From: an uncultured delta proteobacterium
GTDB taxonomy: Bacteria; Desulfobacterota; DSM-4660; Desulfatiglandales; HGW-15
Assembly (NCBI GenBank): GCA_963740905.1
Contig: CAVUFY010000012.1
Location: 213,040 to 277,039, forward strand
Direction of reading: 5' to 3'
DNA: 64,000 nt
Shown here: positions 36,341-44,766 of the stretch, one piece after another
How the letters are laid out: every line of letters starts with the position of its first letter
Numbering within the stretch: position 1 is the stretch's first letter
The notes under the pieces: model-generated
What the model saw: the letters and a program-made list of their open reading frames with translations, nothing else
Database searches by the model: none
What the model was told of the DNA's origin: nothing
Translations under genes and position numbers: made by a program

Positions 36341-36622
36341 TCACCCTACGGTCATCAGATGGAGTGTGTCACCATCATTCAGAGCGGCATCCATTCGATT
36401 TTCGTAGGACAGGACCGAGAAATTGACCGCCACTCGCAATCCCATGTCAATCGCTCCATTCTGATCCAGCAGGACCTGATCCACCCCACGACCGTATTTC
36501 CTTGCCATTCCGACGGCAAAATCTCTGATCGTACGGCCCGGAAACTCAAAATCAAGGGCCTTTTTCTTGTTCAGAATCTTGTAGAGCTGCGGCAGACCTT
36601 CAATCTTGAGATGGATTTTCAC
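36341..36622 (-). CDS. MoaD/ThiS-like beta-grasp protein ending ...LMTVG-TGA-GCT-TGA, copy 1
   Basis: (M)KIHLKIEGLPQLYKIL..LDFEFPGRTIRDFAVGMARKYG...LLDQNG...VAVNFSVL....MDAALNDGDTLHLMTVG. AAAGGAGG RBS lies 7 nt upstream of the GTG at 36622. A single Gly stands where MoaD/ThiS proteins end in GG. Confidence 0.7.
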   Translation of the reverse strand: MKIHLKIEGLPQLYKILNKKKALDFEFPGRTIRDFAVGMARKYGRGVDQVLLDQNGAIDMGLRVAVNFSVLSYENRMDAALNDGDTLHLMTVG

Positions 36623-36733
36623 TCGTAGACCTCCTTTCACACGGGTTACAAGGACACGCTCGCTTCCCTCAATAATCCACGGTCGGGAAGAGCCTCCTGT
36701 CCGTGAGCGGCAGAAACATGATTTTATGAATTC

Positions 36734-36982
36734 TCAATCCCAGGGCCGGACCAACCGCTTTCCATCCCTCAGCTCACCCTTCACTTTTTCCATATGGCGC
36801 AGCGAGGCGAGTTCACGCTCGATGTCCTCCTTTTTTGATTGAAGGAGTTCGGAGAGTTTACCTGGTTCAACGGGACCTTGCGGGCATTGCTCATTTTTCT
36901 CCTTTGACTTGACAAGAGAACCCTTCTTCCACTCGCTCATCCCACCAACCGGCGTCTGGCGGTCACTCTTCCCCGGTACCAA
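36734..36982 (-). pseudogene. Truncated copy of the Zn-ribbon/wHTH gene (C-terminal wHTH part only)
   Basis: ...GPVEPGKLSELLQSKKEDIERELASLRHMEKVKGELRDGKRLVRPWD matches the C-terminus of 44404-44766. The N-terminal 35 aa are unrelated and the Zn ribbon is missing. Confidence 0.45.
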
Positions 36983-37835
36983 AATTTATGAGGTTTGAAA
37001 CCTTTTCTTCCAAAACCTTAACCTCTTCGAGGATGATCTCGATGTACTTTGCATTAGGATCATTTTCGTTCGATTTCTCATGGAGCCTCCGGGCAAAGCC
37101 CCCGACGACTGTAAGGGAATTCCTGACTTCATGGGCTATTCTTCTTGACATTTCGCCTAATGTGGCAAGCCTTTCGGCCTCTAAGAGCTGCTGAGTTTTT
37201 GCTTCCAATTCTGCAGTTCTTTCTCGTACCTTTTGTTCGAGGTCTTGATTCAATTTGGAGATTTCCTCATACAGTGATGAAATCCTTATCGCGATGCCAA
37301 TCTGGTTCGATATGACATAGATCACGTCATTGAAGCGCTCGTGGAAGTAATTCTTTCTCTTGGAAGACGTCACCAAAACCCCAATCGTTTCTCCTTCAAC
37401 TTTTATAGGCGTAACCGCAAAAGACTTGATACCCTCGCAGACGATGCGATTCGTTGAGATGGGTTTGTCAGTTTGTTCAGCATCGTTGACAATGACGATT
37501 CTGCCCGTAAGAAAACAGTCCCCCGAGAAGCTATCAATAGTGGGTTTTCTTGTCGTTTGTTCTACGAATGCTTTGCTCAAGCCCTTCTGACTTTTGATTC
37601 TTAGGTTGCCATCGCTGTCCAGCAAACGGATGGAACAGGCATCTAGGTTGAACTCGTCTACAAGCAGATTAATAATGGCATCAAGGACAAGCTGGACATC
37701 GAGAAGAGATGAAACATACCTCGTAATCTCATAGAGGATTCTGATCTTCTGTTCAGCCTCTCTAGTTCGTCTGGAGATCGGATCCATTTCCAGGGTGACC
37801 TTCTCTTTTCCCTTCAAAGAAGTATTCAAAGCCAA
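36963..37835 (-). CDS. GAF + HisKA-like dimerisation domain protein lacking an ATPase domain
   Basis: GAF-like region (...LDACSIRLLDSDGNLRI...FLTGRIVIVNDA...), a coiled coil and an H-box-like RIAHEVRNSLTVVGGFARRL. The ORF ends ~40 aa later with no N/G boxes. Confidence 0.7.
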   Translation of the reverse strand: MALNTSLKGKEKVTLEMDPISRRTREAEQKIRILYEITRYVSSLLDVQLVLDAIINLLVDEFNLDACSIRLLDSDGNLRIKSQKGLSKAFVEQTTRKPTIDSFSGDCFLTGRIVIVNDAEQTDKPISTNRIVCEGIKSFAVTPIKVEGETIGVLVTSSKRKNYFHERFNDVIYVISNQIGIAIRISSLYEEISKLNQDLEQKVRERTAELEAKTQQLLEAERLATLGEMSRRIAHEVRNSLTVVGGFARRLHEKSNENDPNAKYIEIILEEVKVLEEKVSNLINFGTGEE

Positions 37836-38055
37836 GGAAACCCCTGGCTCCGAGCGAATGCGAGGAGAACAACGGGAGGGGGCAAAACTCCCTCGTAGAT
37901 AAACCGTAGAAAAGACCAGCCTGGGAGCCTCGGAACGAAAGAAAAAGAATCATGATCCTCTCGTCATAGTTTCATAGCGCTAACATGATACCTATTTTCA
38001 TAGTTTCACGTCCAACTGTCGTCTTGGTCAAAGGGCAAAGCATGGGTCACTGATA

Positions 38056-38940
38056 TTAACATAAGGTGATTGGGGTGTCCAGAAACCCCACCTGTCTAAG
38101 ATGGGCAGCTCCATGCTTAAGTGCCGCTATCCCCCCCCCAGCATCCCGCCGGTTTGTTCGCTGCCTAGGCGTCAAACACAATGGTTCCTTCTTCAATATC
38201 TCGCGGCCAATTCGTATCCAGCCCTTGTAGCGCCCGAGCAAAGGATCCAGATCCTCTCCGCTGATTCCGAAATCGGGAGACATCTCATTGCCCGACACCG
38301 TAACGATAATAGGTTTGCCCGGCGCTCCCGCTTTTACGGCGGCGAATACTTCTCTTGCGAAGAGCATTCGATCCCGGCCATAGGGATCCTCTCTTCGGTT
38401 GATCTTGCCGTTGAGAAATTGGGAGATCAGGTACCCGTGGCCAGCCTGGACCTCGATGAGATCGAATCCCGCGGCCACCGCTTTTTCCGCTGCCGCTTCA
38501 TACCCGCAAACAACGGTTCGCACTTCCTCTTCGCTCAGAGGATCCGCCTCCTGACGATACGTGGGGCAGGTGACGGCAGAAGGGGCTTTCGGTTTGCCGC
38601 CTATGAGCTTGGGATTGGCGGCGGCGCCGGCGTGATTCAGGTGGAGGCAGGCGACACGATGCTCCTCATGGATGACATCCGCGATTCTCTTGAGCTGCGC
38701 AACACTACCGGGGAGATGGATGCAGAGCTGTCTGGGGTGTTCCCTCCCCTCGGGTGTGACGCCAACAGGCTCCAGGATGACCAGTGCAGGGCCGTCTTGG
38801 GCGATTCGGCGGTAGAAAAGCAGTTGACGGTTTGTCACCGTGCCGTCAGGATCCCCGTAGCCGAGTTTGATCGGTAGGAACACGAACCGGTTTGCGAGCT
38901 TGACGGAATCCAGTGAAAACGGCTTGAAGAGATCTTCCAT
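38056..38940 (-). pseudogene. Old-yellow-enzyme-like NADH:flavin oxidoreductase, N-terminal TIM-barrel part only
   Basis: FKPFSLDSVKLANRFVFLPI...LNHAGAAAN...FDLIEVQAGHGYLISQFLNGKINRREDPYG is OYE-like. After ~235 aa the sequence loses family resemblance in all three frames. Confidence 0.55.
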
Positions 38941-39021
38941 GCCTGTCTCCTTTCTTGCAACATCTCAGGTTTTTATATGAGTGTAGCCATCATTGATGTA
39001 ATGATAGGCTCAGAGGCCGCG

Positions 39022-39336
39022 TCAACAACCCGATCCAACTCCTCCCCCCGCTTTCCCTCCGCCCTTCCTGAGGCGAATAAGATAATGATCGATTTCATCC
39101 CGTATGCACATCACTTCGCAGGAACAGATCCCTAAGATCTTCAAGAACTCTCTGCGGGTATCTGGATCCGAACCGATGATCTCCATGATTTCTCCGACTC
39201 TAATCTTCCTGAACTTCTGGGCGATTTTCAGCAAGGTAAGAGGAATGATCATTCCTCTCAGATCAAGAATGTTTTCCACTGCTGGTTCCAATAGAGAACT
39301 TGTTTTCTCGCCTTTTTCCCCGTCTCTTCTGATCAT
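39022..39336 (-). CDS. TusA/SirA-like protein lacking the conserved Cys (start uncertain)
   Basis: ILDLRGMIIPLTLLKIAQKFRKIRVGEIMEIIGSDPDTRREF resembles TusA LD.RG..CP.P.L. However, Cys-Pro is replaced by Ile-Pro. Confidence 0.45.
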   Translation of the reverse strand: MIRRDGEKGEKTSSLLEPAVENILDLRGMIIPLTLLKIAQKFRKIRVGEIMEIIGSDPDTRREFLKILGICSCEVMCIRDEIDHYLIRLRKGGGKAGGGVGSGC

Positions 39337-39362
39337 ACTTGGTATAGGTGGAAGACCGGAAA

Positions 39363-39560
39363 TCACCTTCCTCCTGTTGGAAAGGCCATTTCGTCGCACC
39401 TCCAGCATCCCTGCTTCCTGAGATCTTTATGGGGGTTGATATTCTTGTCGCAGAGCCACGTGCATCCACTGTCATCCTTGAAGAATTTCAATGGACGGGC
39501 CGCCATGTGGCCGCAAAGCTCAGTGTAGTCATCCACTCTTGCTTCGTTCCTGTTTTCCAT
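39363..39560 (-). CDS. Small Cys-rich hypothetical protein
   Basis: 65 aa with a GGAGG RBS 6 nt upstream. The Cys pattern is C-x16-C-x3-C-x14-C-x2-C. Confidence 0.4.
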   Translation of the reverse strand: MENRNEARVDDYTELCGHMAARPLKFFKDDSGCTWLCDKNINPHKDLRKQGCWRCDEMAFPTGGR

Positions 39561-39578
39561 GATGCCCTCCTTTGGGTT

Positions 39579-40359
39579 GAATGACTATGATCATCTTTCC
39601 CTGTTAAGATTTCTGAGCAGGATGTGTGCCAAAAGAGGAGTTCTAGGCTATCCTGCGGCAAATGCGAGGAAATTGGTTCTTATCGTGGGAAGCACAGGAT
39701 TTCTTGTTTGTTCCAGGCAGGAGGTTATGTTAAGATATGTTAACACTTGTTAAGTTAAGGGAAGGGCCATGCTTGAACAAGAATTGAACAGCTATTGGAA
39801 GACGGTAGTGGACACGATCCAGGACGGTTTGATGGTTGTGGATCGGGGAGGGATGATTGTCTCCGACAATCAAGCGCGAAATCATCACGGGCTACTCAAG
39901 GAAAGACCTGTTAGGGAAGCCCTGCTCGGCTCTGAACTGCGATGTTTGCGAAATCGCCCGGGACAGACAAGGAGAACACTGGTGCGCTTTGTTCAGGACC
40001 GGGAGTCTTAAAATGCGCCGGTGTAAAGTGCTGAGGAAGGACGGGGAAAGTATTCATGTCCTGAAGAACGCCTCACTGCTTCGTGATTCCGAAGGAGAAG
40101 TCATCGGTGCCGTGGAAACCTTGACCGACTCCAGCCCTACCATCTTCCTCCCACGATGTTCCGCGTCCAGGAACAGGCCATAAAGCCTCGACGTCTCATC
40201 GTAGACGCAACCGAAGTCCAGAAAAGGGAGCCCGTCGATGTCTTGGAAAAGTCAGGTGGAAACCAGTCCGAAGCGGCTCGTTTGCTTGGCGTGTCCAGAG
40301 TTACGGTTTGGAACCGGATGAAAAAATTCAACCTCGATCTGCGACGAACCGTGGGTTAG
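39579..40359 (+). pseudogene. Degenerate sigma54-activator relic: PAS + Fis-HTH with no AAA+ domain and broken frames
   Basis: PAS-like MLEQELNSYWKTVVDTIQDGLMVVDRGGMIVS / (frame change near 39860-39875) / EIITGYSRKDLLGKPCSALNCDVCE...GEVIGAVETLTD. About 20 codons later, in another frame, comes ...GNQSEAARLLGVSRVTVWNRMKKFNL. Confidence 0.55.
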
Positions 40360-40634
40360 GAAGAGCCGGAGGGCACGCCCATATTGGATCGGGCACAATA
40401 TCTGATATCTACGCAATTCCTCGCGCCCTTTGGAGCGCCTGTGTAACCGGTCGAAATGATCTCGTCATGATTGATGATGACGGCTCCGTAATTTCTTCGG
40501 AGGCACGTTCCCCGGCGTGACACCTCCAAGGCAATGTTCACATCGTAATCATCCTTGCCGATTCTCTCTGCGAATCCTGGCGCTTCCGAGCAAACACCCG
40601 GCCTCGCCTGTGAAGATCTTCTCGAAGAACGCAC
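40356..40634 (-). pseudogene. dCMP/cytidine deaminase-like N-terminal fragment
   Basis: ...ALEVSRRGTCLRRNYGAVIINHDEIISTGYTGAPKG..NC... resembles the ComEB/dCMP deaminase N-terminus. It ends before the HAE/PCxxC zinc motifs, abutting the relic at 40359. Confidence 0.5.
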
Positions 40635-40644
40635 CTTCTTGTCC

Positions 40645-41670
40645 TCAACCTCCTATACTATTCATAGAGCGAACGCATTTCCGTGGACCATATATATCCA
40701 AACCATGGTTTGCGGGTTTATTGAAGATCACGTTCGTGATGAGTTCAAGCAAATGCGAATTCTCTTTTCCTTGCCTTAGAGGTGTTTTGATATCTGTTTC
40801 CTGCTCGGAGAAAAGACACCCTCTCAAGTGGCCGTCCGCCGTCAACCGAAGGCGGTTGCATTTCTCGCAAAAATGGTGACTTAGAGCACCGATCAGCCCG
40901 ATCTCCCCTTTGGCATCTTTCAGGGCGTACCGCTGAGCGGGGCCGTCCAGTGGCTTGGAATCCAGGGGCGTGATGGGTCCCAGGCGCCGAATCATGCTAA
41001 GGATTTCCTTGATAGAGACAAACCTCTCAGCGGTCCAGGAATTTTTTACGCCCACAGGCATCATTTCGATAAAGCGGACATGATAGGGTTTTCTGAACGT
41101 GAGGCATGCAAAATCCAGGATCTCGTCGTCATTCATACCCCTCATTGCAACCATGTTGATCTTGATGGGTTGCAGCCCCGCAGATTCCGCTGCTTCAATT
41201 CCTTCCCAGACCCGTTCAAAATAGTCTCGCCCGGTAATCTGGTAGAATCTTTCCGGCCTTAGCGTGTCCATGCTCACGTTAACTCGGCAGATTCCACATT
41301 CCCGGAGGGGACGGGCAAAGTCCTTGAGAAGAACGCCGTTGGTGGTCAAGCTGATTTCTTCCAGTCCATCGATGTCACAAAGCCTCTCGATAAAGGGGAT
41401 AATGCCTTTTCTAACCAGCGGCTCGCCGCCTGTAAGCCTTACCTTTCGGATACCGTGCAGGACGCTAAGGCTTACCACGCGAAGCATTTCTTCATAGGTC
41501 AAAATTTCATTGTGGGGTACGAATTCGACACCTTCTTCAGGCATGCAGTAGATACACCTCAGATTGCAACGATCGGTCACGGAAAGACGCAGGTAGTTAA
41601 TTATTCGGTGGTTGTTATCCACAAAATCGGTCTTCGTGCTCAACGCGAGCGGTGATTTCAGCTTCTGCAT
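40645..41670 (-). CDS. moaA: GTP 3',8-cyclase MoaA
   Basis: YLRLSVTDRCNLRCIYCMPEEG...RLTGGEPLVR...C-terminal ...CEKCNRLRLTADGHLRGCLF. Confidence 0.92.
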   Translation of the reverse strand: MQKLKSPLALSTKTDFVDNNHRIINYLRLSVTDRCNLRCIYCMPEEGVEFVPHNEILTYEEMLRVVSLSVLHGIRKVRLTGGEPLVRKGIIPFIERLCDIDGLEEISLTTNGVLLKDFARPLRECGICRVNVSMDTLRPERFYQITGRDYFERVWEGIEAAESAGLQPIKINMVAMRGMNDDEILDFACLTFRKPYHVRFIEMMPVGVKNSWTAERFVSIKEILSMIRRLGPITPLDSKPLDGPAQRYALKDAKGEIGLIGALSHHFCEKCNRLRLTADGHLRGCLFSEQETDIKTPLRQGKENSHLLELITNVIFNKPANHGLDIYGPRKCVRSMNSIGG

Positions 41671-41852
41671 GGATCAGTCCCTCTCGACGAAACCGGAGAA
41701 CCATTCAAGCCCAGGTCCCCAGGGCAATTCTCTGAGCTCCTCCTACTGTCCGAAAGACAGAATACATCCACCTCGGGGAAAAGGAGATTGACTAAAACTC
41801 GCAAACACTCAAATGTTTCTTTGTCGGACGAAAGAATGGTTACATTCTTCAT
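41658..41852 (-). other. Short ORF with a strong RBS upstream of moaA (REC-like N-terminal fragment?)
   Basis: GGAGGAGG RBS 5 nt before the ATG. MKNVTILSSDKETFECLRVLVNLLFPEVDVFCLSD resembles the first beta-alpha-beta of a receiver domain. It overlaps the moaA start by 13 nt. Confidence 0.3.
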
Positions 41853-41965
41853 ATCGCCTCCTCCTTAACATGCGTTCATCAAAATCAGGCTGTTTTTTGG
41901 TTTTCATTCGTTAAGCCTCCATATCTCACATGTCATATCGCATTCATAGGTCAATCTTTGTCATT

Positions 41966-42511
41966 TTACCGTGACCTGTCTGGAGAATCCAAGAAGGTGC
42001 CCACGATGAAGCCTACACAAAGTGAGCCTGCTATCGTCAGAAAAGTGAGCGCCAACACATAGGTCAAACCGAAAAATGAAATCATCATCGGTAAAAGAAA
42101 GGGCTTGACTGCCCGATTTACGAGAAAAACGGCAATCAGAGAAGGTTCCGCTCCCTTTTCACGAAAATCCTTGAGTAAAGGATACCAGGCATAAATCGGC
42201 CCTGCCGAAATGATCCCTGCAAAGGCCGAAAAAAGATTTCTTGGGATGGCTGTTCCTTTTCCCAGGAATTTTGCGAGGTCCGGAGGACTCAAAAAGACAT
42301 TCAGTCCAATCATGACAAGAAATACCATGCCCAACGGCAGCAAGACATGAGAAAAGACACCTATGCTGCTTCGCAGCGCCACCATGGTTTTCTCGGGAGC
42401 AACATGCCACAGCACAAGATAAAGACCCAGAACCGACAACGGAAACACCAGCGGTATAGGAGACATTACCTTCCACAATTTCTTTTTCTCATCCATTCGA
42501 TACCAATTCAA
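41966..42511 (-). CDS. Predicted permease, second half (DUF318/ArsP-like)
   Basis: Five or six hydrophobic helices. It lies immediately downstream of 42513-43307 and is complementary to its TM region. Confidence 0.55.
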   Translation of the reverse strand: MNWYRMDEKKKLWKVMSPIPLVFPLSVLGLYLVLWHVAPEKTMVALRSSIGVFSHVLLPLGMVFLVMIGLNVFLSPPDLAKFLGKGTAIPRNLFSAFAGIISAGPIYAWYPLLKDFREKGAEPSLIAVFLVNRAVKPFLLPMMISFFGLTYVLALTFLTIAGSLCVGFIVGTFLDSPDRSR

Positions 42512-42512
42512 A

Positions 42513-43307
42513 TTACATCCCGAAAAGGCCTAAAATAAACATCATCACAAAGGATATTGCAATTGAGAGACCAAAACAGGAGAGATTTCTGACGAAAGCA
42601 AACTTCCAGCCCAGGGCTGCGCTTTCAGCGGGAAACTGGATAAGACCGACGGTAACCCAAGAGCAGATAAAGGCGGTCACGGCCACAAGGCTTACACCCC
42701 GTTCGAGCATTTGTCCGCCGATAATGTAGCTGTTGATAGGGTTGCCGGCAAATAAACTTCCTATGCACGCGCCACAGAGAGAGTCCCGCCACATACTTCC
42801 AGAGAAGAAAGGGGTTAGAGAGTCTTTCGATACGAATGCGTTGAAAAGACCCACCAAAAAGATTACTCCGGTCATAATAGGCAACATGTTTTTGATCTGA
42901 TTGAAGGCACTTCGAAACGCCAGGACAACATCCTTTTGGTCTATCTTCCATGCCGTCAAGCCCAAACTCTCGATCTCTTCTATTTGCCTTTTCCTGTTTT
43001 CTTTTTCAAATTTATCGAGGACTTCCTCTACCGTACCGCCAATGCCCGTCACGACTTTAACACCATGGGCAGAAAGATACCTCTCCGCAATGGGGCTGCA
43101 CCAGTCTGTAAGCACAACGTTGCTCTTCTTCGCTATAATCAGGGCAACCACATGCATCCCGGCTCCGCTCCCGGAGCCTCTTGGACTCCGAAGAGCTTCA
43201 AAGTCCTTGGATTCAAGATCTACAACAAGCAAATAGGGTGACAGCCCCAGCCTGTCGCCCACTCTTGCGGTGAAATCCGGACCTTCTGCTGGAATGGCAA
43301 CCTTCAA
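42513..43307 (-). CDS. NifX/NifB-like domain fused to a permease half
   Basis: (TTG start) MKVAIPAEGPDFTARVGDRLGLSPYLLVVDLES...VVALIIAKKSNVVLTDWCSPIAERYLSAHGVKVVTGIGGTVEEVL, followed by TM helices. Confidence 0.65.
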   Translation of the reverse strand: MKVAIPAEGPDFTARVGDRLGLSPYLLVVDLESKDFEALRSPRGSGSGAGMHVVALIIAKKSNVVLTDWCSPIAERYLSAHGVKVVTGIGGTVEEVLDKFEKENRKRQIEEIESLGLTAWKIDQKDVVLAFRSAFNQIKNMLPIMTGVIFLVGLFNAFVSKDSLTPFFSGSMWRDSLCGACIGSLFAGNPINSYIIGGQMLERGVSLVAVTAFICSWVTVGLIQFPAESAALGWKFAFVRNLSCFGLSIAISFVMMFILGLFGM

Positions 43308-43411
43308 GGCGCCTGCCCTCCTGGATATCCCCTCCCATCGAAATCCCCGTCCAACCTGAGATGAAGGTTATCGGAATTTTGGTGCAAGGTGATTCTGAAA
43401 TTCGTAGCCAT
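43304..43411 (-). pseudogene. Truncated paralog of the STAS-like gene
   Basis: MATNFRITLHQNSDNLHLRLDGDFDG then out-of-family sequence and a stop. It matches the first 26 aa of 33201-33485. Confidence 0.4.
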
Positions 43412-43466
43412 GATATGCCTCCTTTCTGCTCAGAGCTGTCTCAACTTTTCGAATCTACCTGCGAGC

Positions 43467-43817
43467 CTAGAAGTTGAAGACCTTGGCTTCGGAGGCAAGA
43501 TCGATCAGATGAGGCGCTCCATCAAGCAACATGTTGGGGAAGAATTTCGACTCGTCAACCTGACGAGCCTTGGCGCAGGGGATTCAGACCCCGATCCGGA
43601 CTTCCTTTTCCACCAGGTACGGTAGATAGTCGTTTGGGCAGTCACCGGTAGCTGTCTTGATATCCAGATTGCGGGTTTTGTCCGCCCAGCCGACGCCTCC
43701 GTCAACGAAGAAAATGTTGACCTTGTATTTTTTGGAGTGAGCGATCTTGGCGAACTGGAAGCATCTCGTCGCCGCCTCATTGTCGTCCTTGCTCAGCACA
43801 AACAAGAAATTCTCCAT
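43467..43817 (-). CDS. DsrE-like selenoprotein (Sec encoded by TGA 43584-43586), copy 2
   Basis: Same protein as copy 1. The ORF-track entry 43584-43817 stops at the in-frame TGA, and the frame stays open to TAG 43467-43469. Confidence 0.75.
43551..43567 (-). other. Candidate SECIS hairpin (DsrE-like copy 2)
   Basis: Identical CUCGUCA-GGU-UGACGAG. Confidence 0.65.
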
Positions 43818-43982
43818 GACTTCCTCCCCTATTCTCCAATTCCTCCTTCCTCCTACCCGTCCTCACTTCTCATTTCCACCTTCGGCAGCCCATGCCTCTT
43901 CCCTTGCAACCGTCTGTTTCCTCCCCGATCTTCTCCTCTTGGAAAAGAGCCGAGGGCGTAAGGTTGATGTTTACTTTGTTTT

Positions 43983-43999
43983 GCAGTCGCCCCGACTGC
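43983..43999 (-). other. Conserved post-TGA hairpin of the MoaD-like gene, copy 2
   Basis: GCAGUCG-GGG-CGACUGC, 11 nt after TGA 44011-44013. Confidence 0.6.
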
Positions 44000-44010
44000 A
44001 TGCCTCAAGC

Positions 44011-44292
44011 TCACCCTACGGTCATCAGATGGAGTGTGTCACCATCATTCAGAGCGGCATCCATTCGATTTTCGTAGGACAGGACCGAGAAATTGACCGC
44101 CACTCGCAATCCCATGTCAATCGCTCCATTCTGATCCAGCAGGACCTGATCCACCCCACGACCGTATTTCCTTGCCATTCCGACGGCAAAATCTCTGATC
44201 GTACGGCCCGGAAACTCAAAATCAAGGGCCTTTTTCTTGTTCAGAATCTTGTAGAGCTGCGGCAGACCTTCAATCTTGAGATGGATTTTCAC
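44011..44292 (-). CDS. MoaD/ThiS-like beta-grasp protein, copy 2
   Basis: Protein identical to copy 1, with the same RBS and the same TGA-GCT-TGA ending. Confidence 0.7.
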   Translation of the reverse strand: MKIHLKIEGLPQLYKILNKKKALDFEFPGRTIRDFAVGMARKYGRGVDQVLLDQNGAIDMGLRVAVNFSVLSYENRMDAALNDGDTLHLMTVG

Positions 44293-44403
44293 TCGTAGAC
44301 CTCCTTTCACACGGGTTACAAGGACACGCTCGCTTCCCTCAATAATCCACGGTCGGGAAGAGCCTCCTGTCCGTGAGCGGCAGAAACATGATTTTATGAA
44401 TTC

Positions 44404-44766
44404 TCAATCCCAGGGCCGGACCAACCGCTTTCCTTCCCTCAGCTCACCCCTCACTTTTTCCATATGGCGCAGCGAGGCGAGTTCACGCTCGATGTCCTCC
44501 TTTTTTGATTGAAGGAGTTCGGAGAGTTTACCTGGTTCAATGGGCCCTTGCATGTGGAGCAATTCAAGGATCTCCTTTTGAAGCTTGTTGAGTTGCGGTT
44601 CATCCTCCTGTTCTTTCAAGAACGTCTTTGCGCTATACACCGCCCACGGATCACAACCTTTTACCGGGGAAAGGAGGTCCATGTAACAATCTTCACAAAG
44701 AATCAGCCCGTGAAGTTCTTTTTCTTCCCCCTCGATGATAACGACGTTACATCTCTGACATTGCAT
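44404..44766 (-). CDS. Zn-ribbon + winged-helix protein (full-length copy)
   Basis: MQCQRCNVV...LILCEDCYMDLLSPVKGCDPWAV (CxxC...CxxC) followed by ...LNKLQKEILELLHMQGPIEPGKLSELLQSKKEDIERELASLRHMEKVRGE (wHTH-like). Confidence 0.55.
   Translation of the reverse strand: MQCQRCNVVIIEGEEKELHGLILCEDCYMDLLSPVKGCDPWAVYSAKTFLKEQEDEPQLNKLQKEILELLHMQGPIEPGKLSELLQSKKEDIERELASLRHMEKVRGELREGKRLVRPWD

Larger units (their letters stand above)
35665..36881. repeat. ~1.2-kb segmental duplication, copy A1 (partner A2 at 43434-44551)
   Basis: Near-identical by eye across the DsrE-like gene, the MoaD-like gene, its leader and the 3' part of the wHTH gene. Relative to A2, A1 carries ~99 extra bp plus local divergence in the spacer at 36050-36300. 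Confidence 0.85.
43434..44551. repeat. ~1.1-kb segmental duplication, copy A2
   Basis: See A1 at 35665-36881. Confidence 0.85.

Noticed and set aside
36341-36343. UGA reassigned to Gly (as in some candidate phyla), which would restore a Gly-Gly C-terminus to the MoaD-like protein.
   Set aside because: Many well-defined genes in this window end at TGA at the expected family C-terminus. The in-frame TGAs in HdrA, MvhD and DsrE-like fall on Cys positions, not Gly positions, so the genome uses the standard code plus Sec.
36341-36346. A homopolymer error in GGG hiding a longer C-terminus of the MoaD-like protein.
   Set aside because: GGG-TGA is identical in three independent copies, including the diverged one. 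The frame-shifted continuations differ completely in length and sequence between copies.
41671-41860. A Moco riboswitch in the moaA leader.
   Set aside because: The region is GC-rich with some hairpins, but I cannot match the Moco consensus from memory. It is also occupied by a short ORF with a very strong RBS. A covariance-model scan is needed, so I am not claiming it.
35665-44551. The 1.2-kb duplication as an insertion sequence, MITE or CRISPR-like array.
   Set aside because: No transposase or integrase ORF, no terminal inverted repeats and no short regularly spaced repeats were found. The repeat content is ordinary genes.
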